Made by a program: the position numbers and the translations under genes. Below are positions 43,531 through 57,354 of a stretch of DNA of 64,000 nt, piece after piece. The notes under the pieces were generated by a model. The model was not told the origin of the DNA. It was given only the letters and a program-made list of their open reading frames with translations, and did no database searches. Within the stretch, counting starts at the first letter, position 1, and every line of letters starts with the position of its first letter. Origin of the DNA: the human T2T-CHM13v2.0 reference genome, Homo sapiens; the NCBI RefSeq assembly GCF_009914755.1, contig NC_060925.1. One strand, given 5' to 3'.

Positions 43531-43955
43531 ATATAAAATTAAACTTCAAAGTGAAGTTTGATTTACCAGCGAAACTGCCTCCTATGGTATAGGTACCTTA
43601 TTGCCAGACTGAAGCATGATTTGTACAAAGCAAGAAGACACAATTCTGGTATTTGTCTCAAATGTCTGCATATTTCAGATGTTGAGGTGTGCATAATCCG
43701 ATGTTGATTAGTTGAAACCTGAACAAGAACTGTCCTTGGAGCTCTGAATCATACCATGAGCCTTATCTAATCGACATTTCCAAACAACCCACAGCACATC
43801 ACTGGCTTGGGGTGTCTTTGGCTTCGATGGTGCTTGAATCTAATCCAGCCTTGCATCTCTATGGCAAAGGGATACTGCTGAGTCTTAGGTTGTTTCGGCC
43901 AAAACTTAGGACAGAATTTGTACCGGAGGTTAAAAGCTTCTGGCTCTTAAACTAA

Positions 43956-44073
43956 ACATTGGGTGACCATGGTAAAGTGGTCTTTTGGCTAGTTGACTCT
44001 TTTATTTTGTACCTGGTTTTGTGAGGAAAATTGATTCTTACTCCAGTCAATCATACCTTAGAAAGCAAACTTT
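43956..44073 (+). repeat. Copy 1 of an approximately 118-bp dispersed direct repeat
   Basis: TAAAGTGGTCTTTTGGCTAGTTGACTCTT...GATTCTTACTCCAGTCA...TAGAAAGCAAACTTT, shared with 45264-45378. Confidence 0.93.
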
Positions 44074-45263
44074 ACTTTCTTGTAGCACTAAGCATTTCTC
44101 TGAAATATGTTAGAGGGTAAAAACAATAGTTACTATTTAAAGATATAATAATTAATTTATTCATTTGACAACCATTTACTGTGAACTTATTTTGTACCAG
44201 AACTATTCTAGGTGCTGAGAATACAAAGGTGAACAGGGAGGCAAGTCGCGTGTTATAGCTTCCCAAAATACTATTGCTTATGCTTCTCCTTTCTGTTGCC
44301 TTTTTTCTTCTTCTTTTCTCTTTTTTAAATCAACTGGAAAGGAAATTTAAAGAAAGAAGTTATATTGGACCAAATCTGTATTGAGAAGAAAAGGACATAG
44401 CAATGAGTGCACTAAATATTTGTCAATATTAAATAAAAATTATTGAAATTCAGTCATGAGTACTGTACCATAACAGCATTCCGTTAAGACAGTCTTCTTA
44501 GATAACCTGAAATATATCTTATGTTTAGCCATATTTGCCTCTACTCTTCTTCCACAAAACATACTCATAAGCTGTCAACATAGAAACAAGCAAATTAAAC
44601 TACTGTTCCATGTTTAGTGTTTATAAAAAATGAATATGTGTGTCTAGTAAAAAAATCAAATATAGTTATATTTCACCATAGCTCACCGATTTGTTCCTGC
44701 ACACGTGTCTTAAAGGTAGTTGTTCTGTCTGTACGATGGAAACTTATCCCTATAATCAGGAAATCAATATATATCTAGTGTTGGCCAGGGAAGGTCTTAT
44801 GAACACTTATGAATTTAGTGTTTTGCATTATTTGATTCTCCTCTGTGTAATCTTCTCTCTGTCAGGTTGCTTCATGTCTGTCATCCATTAGCTATCTTCT
44901 CTCTGACCAGTGACTCAAAATGCCCAATTGCAGGCTTTGTCTTCCTGCTATTACTCTTTATTTGACCTCAGTCCATCACAACTTTTATTCCTGGAGTCAA
45001 ATCCTTTGGGTAAACTAATATTTGTAGTGTTAATCTAAGAAACATACTTTAAACGAAGAGTTAATGTCCCAAAGCATTAACAATTTAAAAATAATAACTG
45101 CATCTTCGGTTTCTTATTCTGAAATAGTGAATACATTAAAAATATTACACTCCAAAGCAATACACTTGCTTAAAACCCAAGGTAGGTATATGATAATTAT
45201 GTATGAAAATGTCCTTTACTTTTCACTGAGTAGGGGACAAAGTGCTTTGCATAAAGTTTCTCC

Positions 45264-45378
45264 ACATTTGATGACCATGTAAAGTGGTCTTTTGGCTAGT
45301 TGACTCTTATTTTTACCTGGTTTTGTGGGGAAAATAGATTCTTACTCCAGTCAGTCTTACCGTAGAAAGCAAACTTTT
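45264..45378 (+). repeat. Copy 2 of an approximately 118-bp dispersed direct repeat
   Basis: Matches 43956-44073 with scattered substitutions and small indels. Confidence 0.93.
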
Positions 45379-45831
45379 AGGTGGTTAAAAGAACAGCTTT
45401 TGTATGTGACCTATGTGCTTCATTCATTTATTTATTCATTCACCCAGCTAAGGTTTTTTTTTTTTTTTAGCAGAAAGCACTGTTCCAGATACTAGAGTTA
45501 ACAATAATGAGAAAGCATGACACCTCTGTTCTGGTGAAGCTTACATTTTGGTGAGAAGACAGAAAGAATAAATTAAAAAACAAATAAACAAACAAACTAA
45601 ACATATCATACAGAAATAAATTTAATGCCAAGATTTAAGTAGGGCAATTTTATAAAGAGTGACTGGGGAGCTACTTGATATTGGGAGGGTAAGGAAGACC
45701 TCTCAGTGTGTGACATTTAATTTGAGATCTTATTGACAAGAGAAGGACATTTAGGCATTTAGTTTATTTACTGGAGCAGTTGTTTAGTGGATTTAGCCAT
45801 TTAGAGAATAGCTAGGGGAAGGCAGCATCTT

Positions 45832-46070
45832 AAAGTGGTTGGGGACATGGGTTAAAGAGTCGGCCTGGATTTGAATCCTGATTTTATCCCTTATTCGCTG
45901 GAGACCTTGAACAATTTTCTAACCTCTCAGTGTTTCATGGGTAACAATAGAAATAATATCGTATCAAAGTGTTATTGAGAAGATTAAATAAAAAATATGG
46001 CTACATGTTTAAAATAGTGCTTGGTACATAGTTAAGTACTTAAGAAATAATAGCTATTATTATTGTTATT
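45832..46070 (+). mobile_element. MIR SINE
   Basis: cctggatttgaatcctg...gaccttgaacaattttctaacctctc...gaagattaaat...tggtacatagttaagtac...agctattattattg. Confidence 0.8.
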
Positions 46071-46387
46071 GCAAAGGCCTTAATACGCTTGATGAATTAA
46101 GAGGAGCAAATAAACAGAAAGAAGATCAATGTATTTAGAATACACTTGGAACAGAAGAAGACGAGATTGGAGAGATGAGTAGTCCAGTAGTCCACATTGT
46201 TTGTAAACTTTGTGAAGACAAGATTTGGATTTTATTCTACGAATGATCGAAAGTCATTGGATTATTTTAAAGGGGGAGGGGAATGACAGAATGTAAGCTG
46301 CACCTTAGAAAGATCTCTCTAGCTACTGTATAGAATATTAATTGTAGAGTGGATAGAGTGTAAACAGTCTCATTAAAAGGTTATCAG

Positions 46388-46652
46388 TTTTGGGAGGCTG
46401 AGGTGGGCGGATCACAAGGTCAGGAGATCGAGACCATCCTGGCTAACACGGTGAAACCCCGTCTTTATTAAAAATACAAAAAAAATAGCCGGGCGTAGTG
46501 GCGGGCACCTGTAGTCCCAGCTACTCAGGAAACTAAGGCAGGACAATGGCATGAACCCGGGAGGTGGAACTTGCAGTGAGCCGAGATCGCGCCACTGCAT
46601 TCCAGCCTGGGTGACAGAACAAGACTCCGTCTCAAAAAAAGAAAAAAAAAAA
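46388..46652 (+). mobile_element. AluY, slightly 5'-truncated
   Basis: AluY diagnostic gagatcgagaccatcctggctaacacggtg; TSD AAAAGGTTATCAG at 46375-46387 and 46653-46665. Confidence 0.95.
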
Positions 46653-49600
46653 AAAAGGTTATCAGGCTGATTTAGGTGAAAGATGATGGAAGCAGTTGTG
46701 GAGATGGAGAAAAGTAGATGGACTTGGGGTATGTTTTTAGAATAAAGTGGATAGGACTAGGCTTTGGATTAGATGTGAGGAAAGGGAATTTAAAAACTCA
46801 AAAAAAAATAATCAAAGATAACATCTAGATTTTTGGCTTGTCCAGCTAGACAGATTGTAGTGTCATTTACTCGGATGAAATGACTGAGGGAGGAATGGGT
46901 TTGGGAGCAAAAATAAAGAATCCAACAGGGATAATTCTAAGTTGTTCATGACTATTACACGTATCAGTAGAAACAGCATATAAATCTAGGGAACAGATAC
47001 TCCTTTGAGTTTTGACAAAACAGTTTTGATGGTTTTTAGCATAATGATGACAGTGAAAGCCAGGGGCTACATATTGCCTCAGAGGGAAGGCATACACAGA
47101 AAAGAGAAAGGTATCTAGCACAGAACTCTGTAAATCACAATATTTATAAGACTCATCAAAGAAGCCCAAGAATAAGCTATAAGTTGGATAGAAAAAATAA
47201 CGTGGTATTAAGAAATCCAAAAGAAGAAAGTGTTTTAAGAAGGATATAGTACTGACCTGTGAAAAACACCACTAAGATGTCTAGCAGCATAAGATCAAAG
47301 AAATAACCATAAAATTTGGCAGCAAGAGTCACTGCTGATTACAAAACTCAGAAAAAGTGTGGTGATCCCAGAAAATGAATCGAAGTTGGTTTGAAAAGAA
47401 CGTAACCAAAGTAGCAGCTATAAAAGATTCTTTCAAGGGAAAAGAAGCAGGGAGACAGGAGTAGGAAAATATGAGATTACAGGAAGTTTTTATTGTTGTG
47501 CTGATGATGGTTAAGAAAGGTTTGTTTATAAAAATAATCTAGTAGGGAGCAATACGCTGATGTTGTGAAAGACAATAATTAAATAAATGAATCCCATGAG
47601 CAGATGGTAGTTTAATCTGTTTAGTAACCATGAGTAATCATGTGCCTATCTTTCCTTTTATAATTTTTGTGTGTGAGTGTCTGTCTGTTTTTACTCCCAT
47701 CAATTTCACAGGAAATGTTCTTAGAGTGGTATATTCCATCCAGGTTTGAACACTGAGGCATGAGTTAGGAAGCCTGGTTTCAAATCTAGGCCACAGCATT
47801 CAATCATTGTATGAAGTTGGACAATGCCTTATTCTCTGGAGTGGAATTTCCTCATCTATAAAATGAAAATTCTGAAGCTTGACATTTTTTCATTTTAACT
47901 AAGGGAACATTGAATAGATAGTGGATCAATAGCATGTATATGCTGGTGGACAGAAGGTGGTATTTGTGGTTGTGGTCAAATAAACACCATCAGCGTTATG
48001 TTTATGATCACCATCATCTACCCTTATTCTCAGGAAGCAAAAAGCTGACAGAGCTCTCGATGTTGATTTCTTCTTAGTAGATGCTTCCCTTACAAATGGT
48101 TATTGATTTCCTAAGCTAGAATTCATCTTGCCAAATGAAATTAACAAAATTAAAGTTACAGGAATGTATAAAACTGGCAGTGTCTTTGTTTATAATTTTG
48201 TGTACCTTAGTGTTAAGTAACATAGGTATCTCCAGATTCTAATGGAGCATAGATACTGTAAAATGTGGTAAAATAAAATAAACAATAAGAGTCATTTTTT
48301 ACTTCTCAGCTTCCTCACACTAGCCTTTGTTCAAATAAATCATTATCTTTCTCACTTTACTCTCACTTTTTATGAGGACAAAGGGAGCCAGACAGAGAGG
48401 ATAATTTTCCCAAATGCCTGGAAGACAAATGTTCCTGCAAAGGTGGATGGCAAAGAAGGAAGTTAGGAGTCTTGCTTCATTGATTTTCTCCTGCTATGCT
48501 CTTCTGTCTGCAGTAAGATATGAAAACATTAGCATTTATAAAATATTGTATGTGCACATTGCATATATTCAGAAAATGTACTGAAATATACATCTTACCA
48601 AATGCAGTAATTGAAGAAAGTGACCGTGACCATTTTATTTCTATCATGACTTTTGGACTTTAAATTTCTTATAGTCAGTTACAATCCATATTTATCAATC
48701 AGTAGCTCAGGAAAAGATATCATTTGGGATTCAGCAGGAAGATCAGTTGTTTGGACTAACGAAGTGTAAAAACCATCTGTCCTCTCTTTTATTTGTTTAC
48801 ATATATATAATTATTTCTTATATAATTGTACTCTGTAATATCCTGCACTAATAGCTCTGGATTTGAATCCTAAGGCTATGCCCTTATAAACAAATTAAAT
48901 GGATTATTGAATATGTTTATGGACAGAATGTTATTTCTTTTTACTTAAGGCCATTAGAGAACTCATGCATTAAGAAATACTTCTGATTTGATCTTTAAAG
49001 TCTACCTATTTAGGTACTTAAAATAAGTTTGTCTGTACCATACATTTGGTAGTAAAATAAATTTATATTATTTAAACTTTTATTTGCATGTCTAGCCTTA
49101 TGAGTTATATTTGTGAGGTAAAGGTAGGGATAAGAATGGATATTTAAAATGTTGTATTGGATAGAGCACCGGAATGAGTTTCTAATGGTTATCTGGCTAA
49201 TGGGATCAAGAATAATATGAACATTCTAAATAACCAACATTTTTCAAAGTTAACACAGTTTCACCTTTTAAATTATTTTTGAAACTCCCTTGACTCTTCC
49301 TTTTACCTTTTCTGGGATTAAGCCTAATTATGAACATATCTTTAAGGAGAAGCCTGTTCAGCATTCAAACTGAATGACAACTTGTGTTATGAAATCCCAA
49401 CTAATTTTACAATTCCTACTTGACTTTGGAAATACAGGTTTTATATTATTAAGAGGCTCATAACTTAGTTATAATCTAGAAAAATGTAGGAGATAAGAGG
49501 AGGATTAATGATAAATAAATATATGATAAAATTTACCAATTACCAAAAATATGGCTAAAATATAACTAAGGTTCCAGAGTTCCAGAAGAAAGAATAAAAT

Positions 49601-51450
49601 GCATAGCAATGGAGACATTGCCATTCTATTTTACAACCTAGAATTTTGGGAAGAGCAAGACTGTTTTTGGTAAATGACTTATTTGAAGATTCAATTTAAT
49701 TTAAAGGAATAGTCTTATAAATTTCCTCCATTGCATTTCTGAGTCAAATCTCCCACATCTCTACCTCAGGCACACAGCTTGACTTTTTTGTTAATTCCTG
49801 CTTTCACTGAGATCTTTCGTGTCTCTTGCTTTAAGTGCTAATAAAACAAAGTATCAGATGTTTTGGAATGAAATACTGCATTGCCATTGAAGAGAGAACA
49901 GTTGGCAATGACAACAAACATGAAAAAAGGCTGTGCTTTTATTTTCCTTCCCCCCAAAAGCTTTTTGGCTTTGTAAAAGATATCGATGTGTTTTATATTT
50001 GACACACATTGATTTATTTCTTGAAAGCAACTTAAAGCTTTTGATTTTACAAATCAAATTTGCTCTTGACCATTCTGCAGATACTAATTTTTGTCCACTG
50101 TGTTTCAGGTATATTGCAATGGTCTCCAGAAATTCAACTAGAACAAGACATTGATTCTGATCTCTCAGTGCAGGGAGAATTTATCTATAAGGGTGTAAAG
50201 ATTTAAAACAGAAAAACAAATGGGCATTTTCTGTAAAATATGTTAATGTACTAAGTGTCATGGGAGAGTAGGGGAGGTGGTTGTGGGAGACCATGCCAGG
50301 GGACTCCAACCACATTAAGGAAAAATCATGGAATAGTTAAAGTGGGAAGGAAGGGTGTCCCATGACAAGGGAGAGCAAGTTCAATGTCAAGAAGGTAAAG
50401 AAAGCATGCGCAATTGAGAAACTGGAAGATTAGAATGGTTAAAGCTTAGAGTAAGTGCATGATGAGAACCTGAGAACTCAAGGCCTGGAGAATCAGGCAG
50501 AGCCCATTTCATGAAGACAAAGCATGCAAAGGTGTTTGGATTCCATTTTAAAGGTAAACCACTTGAATACAGGTGTAATATAACAAGATTTGTATTGGGG
50601 AAAGATCACACTAAATATTTTTTAGTGATGGAGAGCCAAAACAAATGATCAGGAGGCCATTTGAGTAATTCAGTTGAAAAATCATGAATGACACTCTGAA
50701 TTCGGCTGGTGGAAGTGAGGATGCAGAAGAGCTGGTTTTGAGAAACTGGTGAGGGGGAGATAAAAGATGTGGCGATTGCATGGCGGTGTGAAGTTCAGAG
50801 AAGAATTAAGAATGAATCTAGCCTCTTTTTTTTCTACAACAATTGGGTGGATGGTGGTTCTAGTCATTAAATTAAAGTTATTGAGGTATCTGGGGGGGTC
50901 TTTATTATTTTGTACTCCACAAAAGACATTATGTATGGGGAAAGAAATCTCAGTCTTTGAACTCAGAAGGACTTCCATGTAAAGTGATTGCCTCTAACAT
51001 GAATCTTTGGCAAGTTAATTTAAACTTTCTGAGTATCTGTTTTAGTGAAGTTGATACTAATGCCTAACCCAGAGTTCTTGCATAGATTTGAAATAGCACA
51101 TGCAAAGCAGCTGGCCTAGTGCTTGTCAAGCAGTAGGCATCCAATATTGCTGTAGTTATTGACTTATGTGTCAGTTGTCCCCACTAAAATATAACCTTGA
51201 CAGGAAGAGGAAGATGGTCTCCTTCCCATCCTTGTATCCACAAATACCTAGCAAAGTGCCAGCACACATTAGAGAGTCAATAAATAATTGTTAAATTAAA
51301 ATATTAGCCCATAGATACTTTGGTTCTTGTTTAAAAACTAATTTGGCATAAACGGTAAAGACAGTAACTCAAGTCTCTACTTGTGACCTTAAGTTTCTAA
51401 TCTTCCTTCTGTTAAACATGAAGTCCCAAAGCTGTGTAATAGAACCTAAT

Positions 51451-51469
51451 GCTTCACTAGATGGCACCA
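51451..51469 (+). promoter_or_regulatory. Candidate CTCF binding site (intronic)
   Basis: GCTTCACTAGATGGCACCA; core CACTAGATGGCAC with one mismatch at the conserved CC. Confidence 0.4.
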
Positions 51470-54269
51470 AACCATTGCCCTAAAACAGCACTAACAGGAG
51501 GGAGTTGGGGCAGAGGACTGGAAAGCTGGAAAGCCTTATTATAATCTACATTAAATATCTATTTGGTGTTCTTAGGGGTGTGTACAAACTTCAATCATGT
51601 TTTTTCAGTCAAATTCTCACATCCATACAATTACATTCTGCATATCTAGAAATGTGACATGATTCAATTAAGAACAGGGGACTTTATCCTATTCCATCTT
51701 TCATTGGAGCACATTAAGAACTTAGAAAAGGACATTACTGTACCTCATTCAGGCCAGAGGTCCATCGCTGTTGAGAGATTTTCCTAATTTCTCCAAACCT
51801 TTAATTTTCTAGTAGAAATAAGCAAAATGGTGCCCATGGTGCCCCAGTGGTCTTGATGACTTATGATTCCTTCGGGATCTTATTTACTATTTGGGGGTAA
51901 CCTAGATTTTGCAGGCAATAAGACTAGCTTGGTTTTTAGCATCTTAAAATTCATGTGATGTATGCTGTGACATTTATTTAAAAGCAAATCCACTGAAAAA
52001 GTGAGGGAAAACACATTCATCATTGTTGTAATTTTATTGTTTCTCTCTAATCCATTTCTACCCTCTACTAATTGGCTGTGTGGGTTGAGAAGCATTTGTG
52101 TAGAGTGAAGATGTCTTTGATGAATAAGCCTTCTTGCTGTTGTTACTATATTGCTGATTCTGTAATTATCCAATGTCCCACTCTAGATCTGAGCAGCATA
52201 GCAACTGGATTATAGGCCCTTTTGGAACAACTGAACCCCTGATATGCTTTTCTTTCTCTACCCTTTCTGTTAATGGTCCTGATGTTAACATCAGTTTTCT
52301 TCCCCAAGTCTATGCATTCTGATATATGGATAATTGGGTATTTGTTTATGTGATAATATTAGCCTTGGAGTTCAAGGGTTCTCAGAGATGAATTGATCCA
52401 AACTGTACCAATTGCCAGGAAATGTAAATACTAAATTGAGTGTTAATCAAACTATAACCTACTGCTATACTAAAAGTTATATATTTGATTTCTTCTGCAA
52501 TTGTCTATATACATACATATATTTATGCACTATATATAATATAACAACATATATAATATATACTACCACACATCTTCTTTCAAGTAGAGTGGCTCTTTTA
52601 AAAATAAAAATATGAAGTTTCATTTATTTATTTTTTCAGTAACCATGTGGCTTTATACTTCACTGTATAATGACTGTATGGCTCTGCCTGGACGTTTTCT
52701 ACATTGTAATTAAGGGCTGTGGTCCAGCGGATAAAATATCCTCTTTGCTCAGGAGATGCTCAATAAGTGGTTAATTGACCTAAACATGTTGGGATAGTAA
52801 AAACTAACCAGTTATTGAGATAAAAAGCATGAAAGAGTTACATTCATTGTTTGTGACAATGGCCTCTCTACTAAGTAAATAAGAAACTGAAGGCTGCTAA
52901 TAATCTATGAAAGCATTTATGAAATGTGGGAACTATTTTCAGTATTTTATAAAGTCATCTCGATTAACTTATATAGCAACCATCTCATTAAATAAGAAAG
53001 TTGAATACCGATTTTATTGCTATTTGATATTTGTATTATACTAGTTGCCAAGTTTTGTTTTAGATTAGCTAAAATAAAAATAAATATTGATTAACTAATG
53101 CAGTTTATTTGACAATCAAATTCTTTCTAACATTGTGGCCCACTGGATAAAATTAATTAAAAAGATCTGTGATGTTACAGATATTAAGGATCAAGTCCTA
53201 AGCATAAGGATGCTATAGAAATATTATGCAAAGTTCAATAGGAAGAATAAAAAGGATGAATGCGTGCCTACTTAGATTAACTCTCTTTGTCCAAAATATC
53301 GGAAGAGGCTATATTTGGGGGGTTACATGTGGGTTAGAAAAAACAAACAAATGGGGTTAAAAAAGAGCTGAGGAGAATATAGAACTACCCAACTGCAGTA
53401 CAAATTATTTCCATCTAGGTAAACCAGACAGAATACCTGTAGAAGGAAAGCTCATTTATAAAATTGAGCAAATCCCAGAAGTTGTTTTTTGTGTTGTTCA
53501 TTCAAAAACATAACTGACATACGTTAGGTTTCAGGGGGTTTACTAACTAGAATCATCCTATTGCCTGTCCTTGCTTCAGTAGAGTGCATTTGTACTTAGC
53601 AGATGCCGGCTCACTACATGCAATGCCTATGTGCTTGGGTTTATTGTGACATGCTAGGAAGAGTGAATTGATTCTCAGGGTCTGGAACGGTTGGTTTCTC
53701 TATAACAAATGGACCTCCTCCTCAAAAGCAAGTCAAAGCCCTACACAGACAAATCCTACAGATTGTCACTTGCAGAAAATCTTTAACCAGATATTTTATG
53801 AGCTAATAGAAAATGCATCTGGATATTTCTTTGTAAACTTCATATTGTTGAGGACACTGGGTAATTCTTCATTTGAGATTTACTTGTTATCTTATTTTAT
53901 GGAGACACCATCTGGCAAGCCCTGTCACTAATATGGGCATTAAACTAAAGATATTTCTTAATATAAAAAGAATCAAATATAACAGCAGAATTTCCTTATG
54001 TAAGCAATGTTTACCTATTGTATATTAACCATAAACTCCACAACTTGAATTATAAAAGCAGAGCATGTAAAATAATTATTTAAGTGCTATGTTAAATAAA
54101 TAACTTTTCCCTTGCTTAGTCTTATCATGCCCTGCCATTTTGACTCAAATAGGATGTGGCTAAAAAGATGCATTTCTTATTATGAGTAAAATAGATCATT
54201 CTCTGCTACTTGAAATAGGTAATATGGTTGAAAAGTGTAGAAATTATTCCTATGACTCCTTATAGAGTA

Positions 54270-54910
54270 AATTTATTCACCAGATATTTATTGAGTGACT
54301 TTTCTTTGCCAGGTAGTTTTCTAGGCATTGGAAGATACAACATGTAGAGTGAACATGATAGACATTGTTCTTGTCCTCGGAAAAAAAGTCTAGCAAGACA
54401 CATTATGCTACACATGCAATGATAATGAAACAAGAGAAGTCCAATCATTAGTGAAATATCAGGATTTGGAAGTGCCTAGCGAGGACACCAGCTTAGTCTG
54501 GGAGGGCAATGAATGATTCTAGCAAGACACAACATTTAAACTGAGACCTGACAAATGAATAGTTTATCACATGTGGCAGGTGAAAGTGCGTTGATGGAGG
54601 CAGGGTACATAGGGGAAGGAGTGTTTCAGGAGCAGGAACAAACAGCATCTTATAACAACTCCATGGTAAGACATTGTAAGGCACACATGACTGGGACTTA
54701 GTGTGTGAGGAGAGAAGTGGCAAAAGCTAAGCCTGGAGAAGCAGAAGGGGCCACACATGAAGGGTCACATAAGCCATGGACTGTATCCTACAACATAAGG
54801 AATCCATAGGAGATTTTCAACAGAGCAAAATAATTTCAGATTGATACTTCAGAAAATCCCTTTGGCAATAATGTGTACAATGAGTTAGAGAGGAATGAAA
54901 ACTGGAGTCA
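54270..54910 (-). mobile_element. L2 3' region
   Basis: ttattcaccagatatttattgagtgac...tgccaggtagttttctaggcattg...aggagcaggaacaaacagcat. Confidence 0.7.
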
Positions 54911-55291
54911 CAGAATCTATTATATATAGTTGATTGTTAGAAGACCAACTGTAAATGAGAAAATGTAGACTGTGTTTGAGGAGGAATAAAGAGCTGAGGA
55001 TTCTTGAACATGTGTTTCGGCCTTCAGGTTTACCTTATTTCCTCCTGATTCATTTTGTTGGATTCTCTTAGAAATCCTGGTATGATGACAGTGGAGCCTC
55101 CGATGTAGCAATTTCCCACACTATTTTGAGGCTGTGATAACTGAATGCAACATTTTGCATTTTGGATTCCTTTTTATCACTTGAAGCATATTTGTAAAAT
55201 AGTCTTTACAATGTTCTTGTAAGCCACTCAAATTTTATTTTAAATGTTTACATTTATTCACTGAAGTTTTCTTTACTAGAAATTAATCTTT

Positions 55292-55313
55292 TGTGTGTGT
55301 GTGTGTGTGTGTG
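55292..55313. repeat. (TG)11 microsatellite
   Basis: Read directly from the sequence. Confidence 0.95.
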
Positions 55314-55829
55314 CTTTACTTCTCTTCCCAATTTTCCTGATCCACAAAAGAATTTATTTATCTTGAGAGAACACTTTCTATGGGTATTGACTTGCCCTCC
55401 CTGTCATATCGCATCATGTCAACAACTAAAATACTGATCCTAAATTAACTTGTAGCTCCTCCTTATTCAATTCATAGCCACTTATTTATTTTAAATTCAA
55501 GTTGCAGACTAGTCCCATGTTGACTTCAGTTAAATAATTAGCTCATGGATATCACGAAAGAGTTTGTAACTCAGACCAGATTGGACCACACATTTTAGGA
55601 GGTAAGAAGTAGAGTCCATGACCCATGCATGTCACATGCTTGACTCTTTACACAGTGGTGAGTACCTATTTAAGTAGCTGCCACCTTTTCATTTCTTGAG
55701 TAGATCAGAGCAGTTGATGGCAATTCTGTAAATTGGAGGAATTATTTCCATTTGCTTTAATAATTGCTGTTTGACATTTGGTCCCAGGGTAACTTTCCTT
55801 TCTCTAGTCTCCAAATTTCCCCACTAACC

Positions 55830-55830
<1 letters not shown>

Positions 55831-55860
<30 letters not shown>
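55831..55860. repeat. (AAC)10 microsatellite
   Basis: Read directly from the sequence. Confidence 0.95.
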
Positions 55861-55862
<2 letters not shown>

Positions 55863-56162
55863 AAAACAGTTTCTTTTTCCACTAGCCAAGCAATGACTGA
55901 TATCACATATTGGAAAATAAAATGTATATCCACTAGTGTAGTCCATAGAGTTGACTGTATTTGCCAGATTACTTATTTGAAGCCACCAAATGGTAACACA
56001 GGGCTCTAAAAATCAAGAAACCATTAGTCTAGCACAGAGTACCCAGACATGCTTAAGTCATTAGGGGACACTTCACACTTAGAAAATGGGCTCTGATTTC
56101 TTTACAATTAGATATTTTATGACTCTTTATAAAACGTAAGAGCACAATTTTCTTTGAAACTA

Positions 56163-56453
<291 letters not shown>

Positions 56454-57304
56454 TCATTTAAAACAGATCATGCTGCTCTGTTCTTTTTATTATGATACTT
56501 AAAGGAAATTATTAAAACAGCTTCAACATTTCTTATTGATTTTTGGTTGAAATTAGGTATTTTGTGAAAATTTAAGCGGTCATGTGATTATTACTAGTAA
56601 GTCCATTTATTTCAGCTTTTCCATATGAGAATCTTTCTTTAATGCTTAGTTTTCTATAACAAATATATCCTTATCATAATTAGAAAAACTTCCTATGGTA
56701 GAAACTAGGACTATATACTATTTCATTTTCTGGTAACATTTTATATAGTGAACAATGTATTATCTAGTTAGGAAATATAAGCAGAATCCATCTTCTAATT
56801 ATGAATTAAGTTTGAATAAAGTGATTGAAAATAGGTCAATACCCTATGATTGTTCAGTTGAGTCTAATCATCCACCTACTAAGTATCCATGTTATGGGGC
56901 ACATACAGAAAATTGTGGACTCTGGATCAGCTTTTTTCTGACACTTAGAATTTTTCCATCATGGCCATCAACCAACTTTGTTTTTCCTTTGTGCTCAGGT
57001 ATTCCTTGAACTTTTAAATATCAATTTTAGCACAACTTCATTATGAAGGTAAGTTCAGTAAGTGTTATAAATCAGATGAAGTGTCCCAAGGCTCAAATAA
57101 ATGTATGTTACTGTTTACTATTTTGAATTATTACCTGTACTTCGACTCCATTTATCTTACCATAGATAATTTAAAGGTCGTTATGTATGGCAGAATTGCT
57201 TGCCCATGTGGCGAATTAACTCTTTAAGAAACCAAGGTGTGTAGTTTATGTAATAGATGAGCCAGTTACACAGAGTTGTTTGAAACTGAAGCATTGACTT
57301 TCGT

Positions 57305-57307
<3 letters not shown>

Positions 57308-57352
<45 letters not shown>
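57308..57352. repeat. (AC)22 microsatellite
   Basis: Read directly; uninterrupted. Confidence 0.95.

Positions 57353-57354
<2 letters not shown>

Larger units (their letters stand above)
45419..47400 (-). mobile_element. L2 remnant interrupted by a MIR and an AluY
   Basis: L2 terminus ttcattcatttatttattcattc...gcactgttccagatactag and body motifs (gatggagaaaagtagatgg; atcaaagataacatctagatttttggcttg). Confidence 0.7.

Noticed and set aside
43535-43950. Higher-complexity, coding-looking stretch after the L1
   Set aside because: The frames I translated hit stops and gave no recognisable protein; a BLASTX or Dfam search is needed to say more.
43956-45378. Interpretation of the direct repeats as LTRs of a small retroelement
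   Set aside because: No TSD, primer-binding site or polypurine tract; the interior contains an old L2 fragment.
55764-56009. ORF with a poly-Gln tract
   Set aside because: Produced by the intronic (AAC)10 microsatellite on the non-coding strand.
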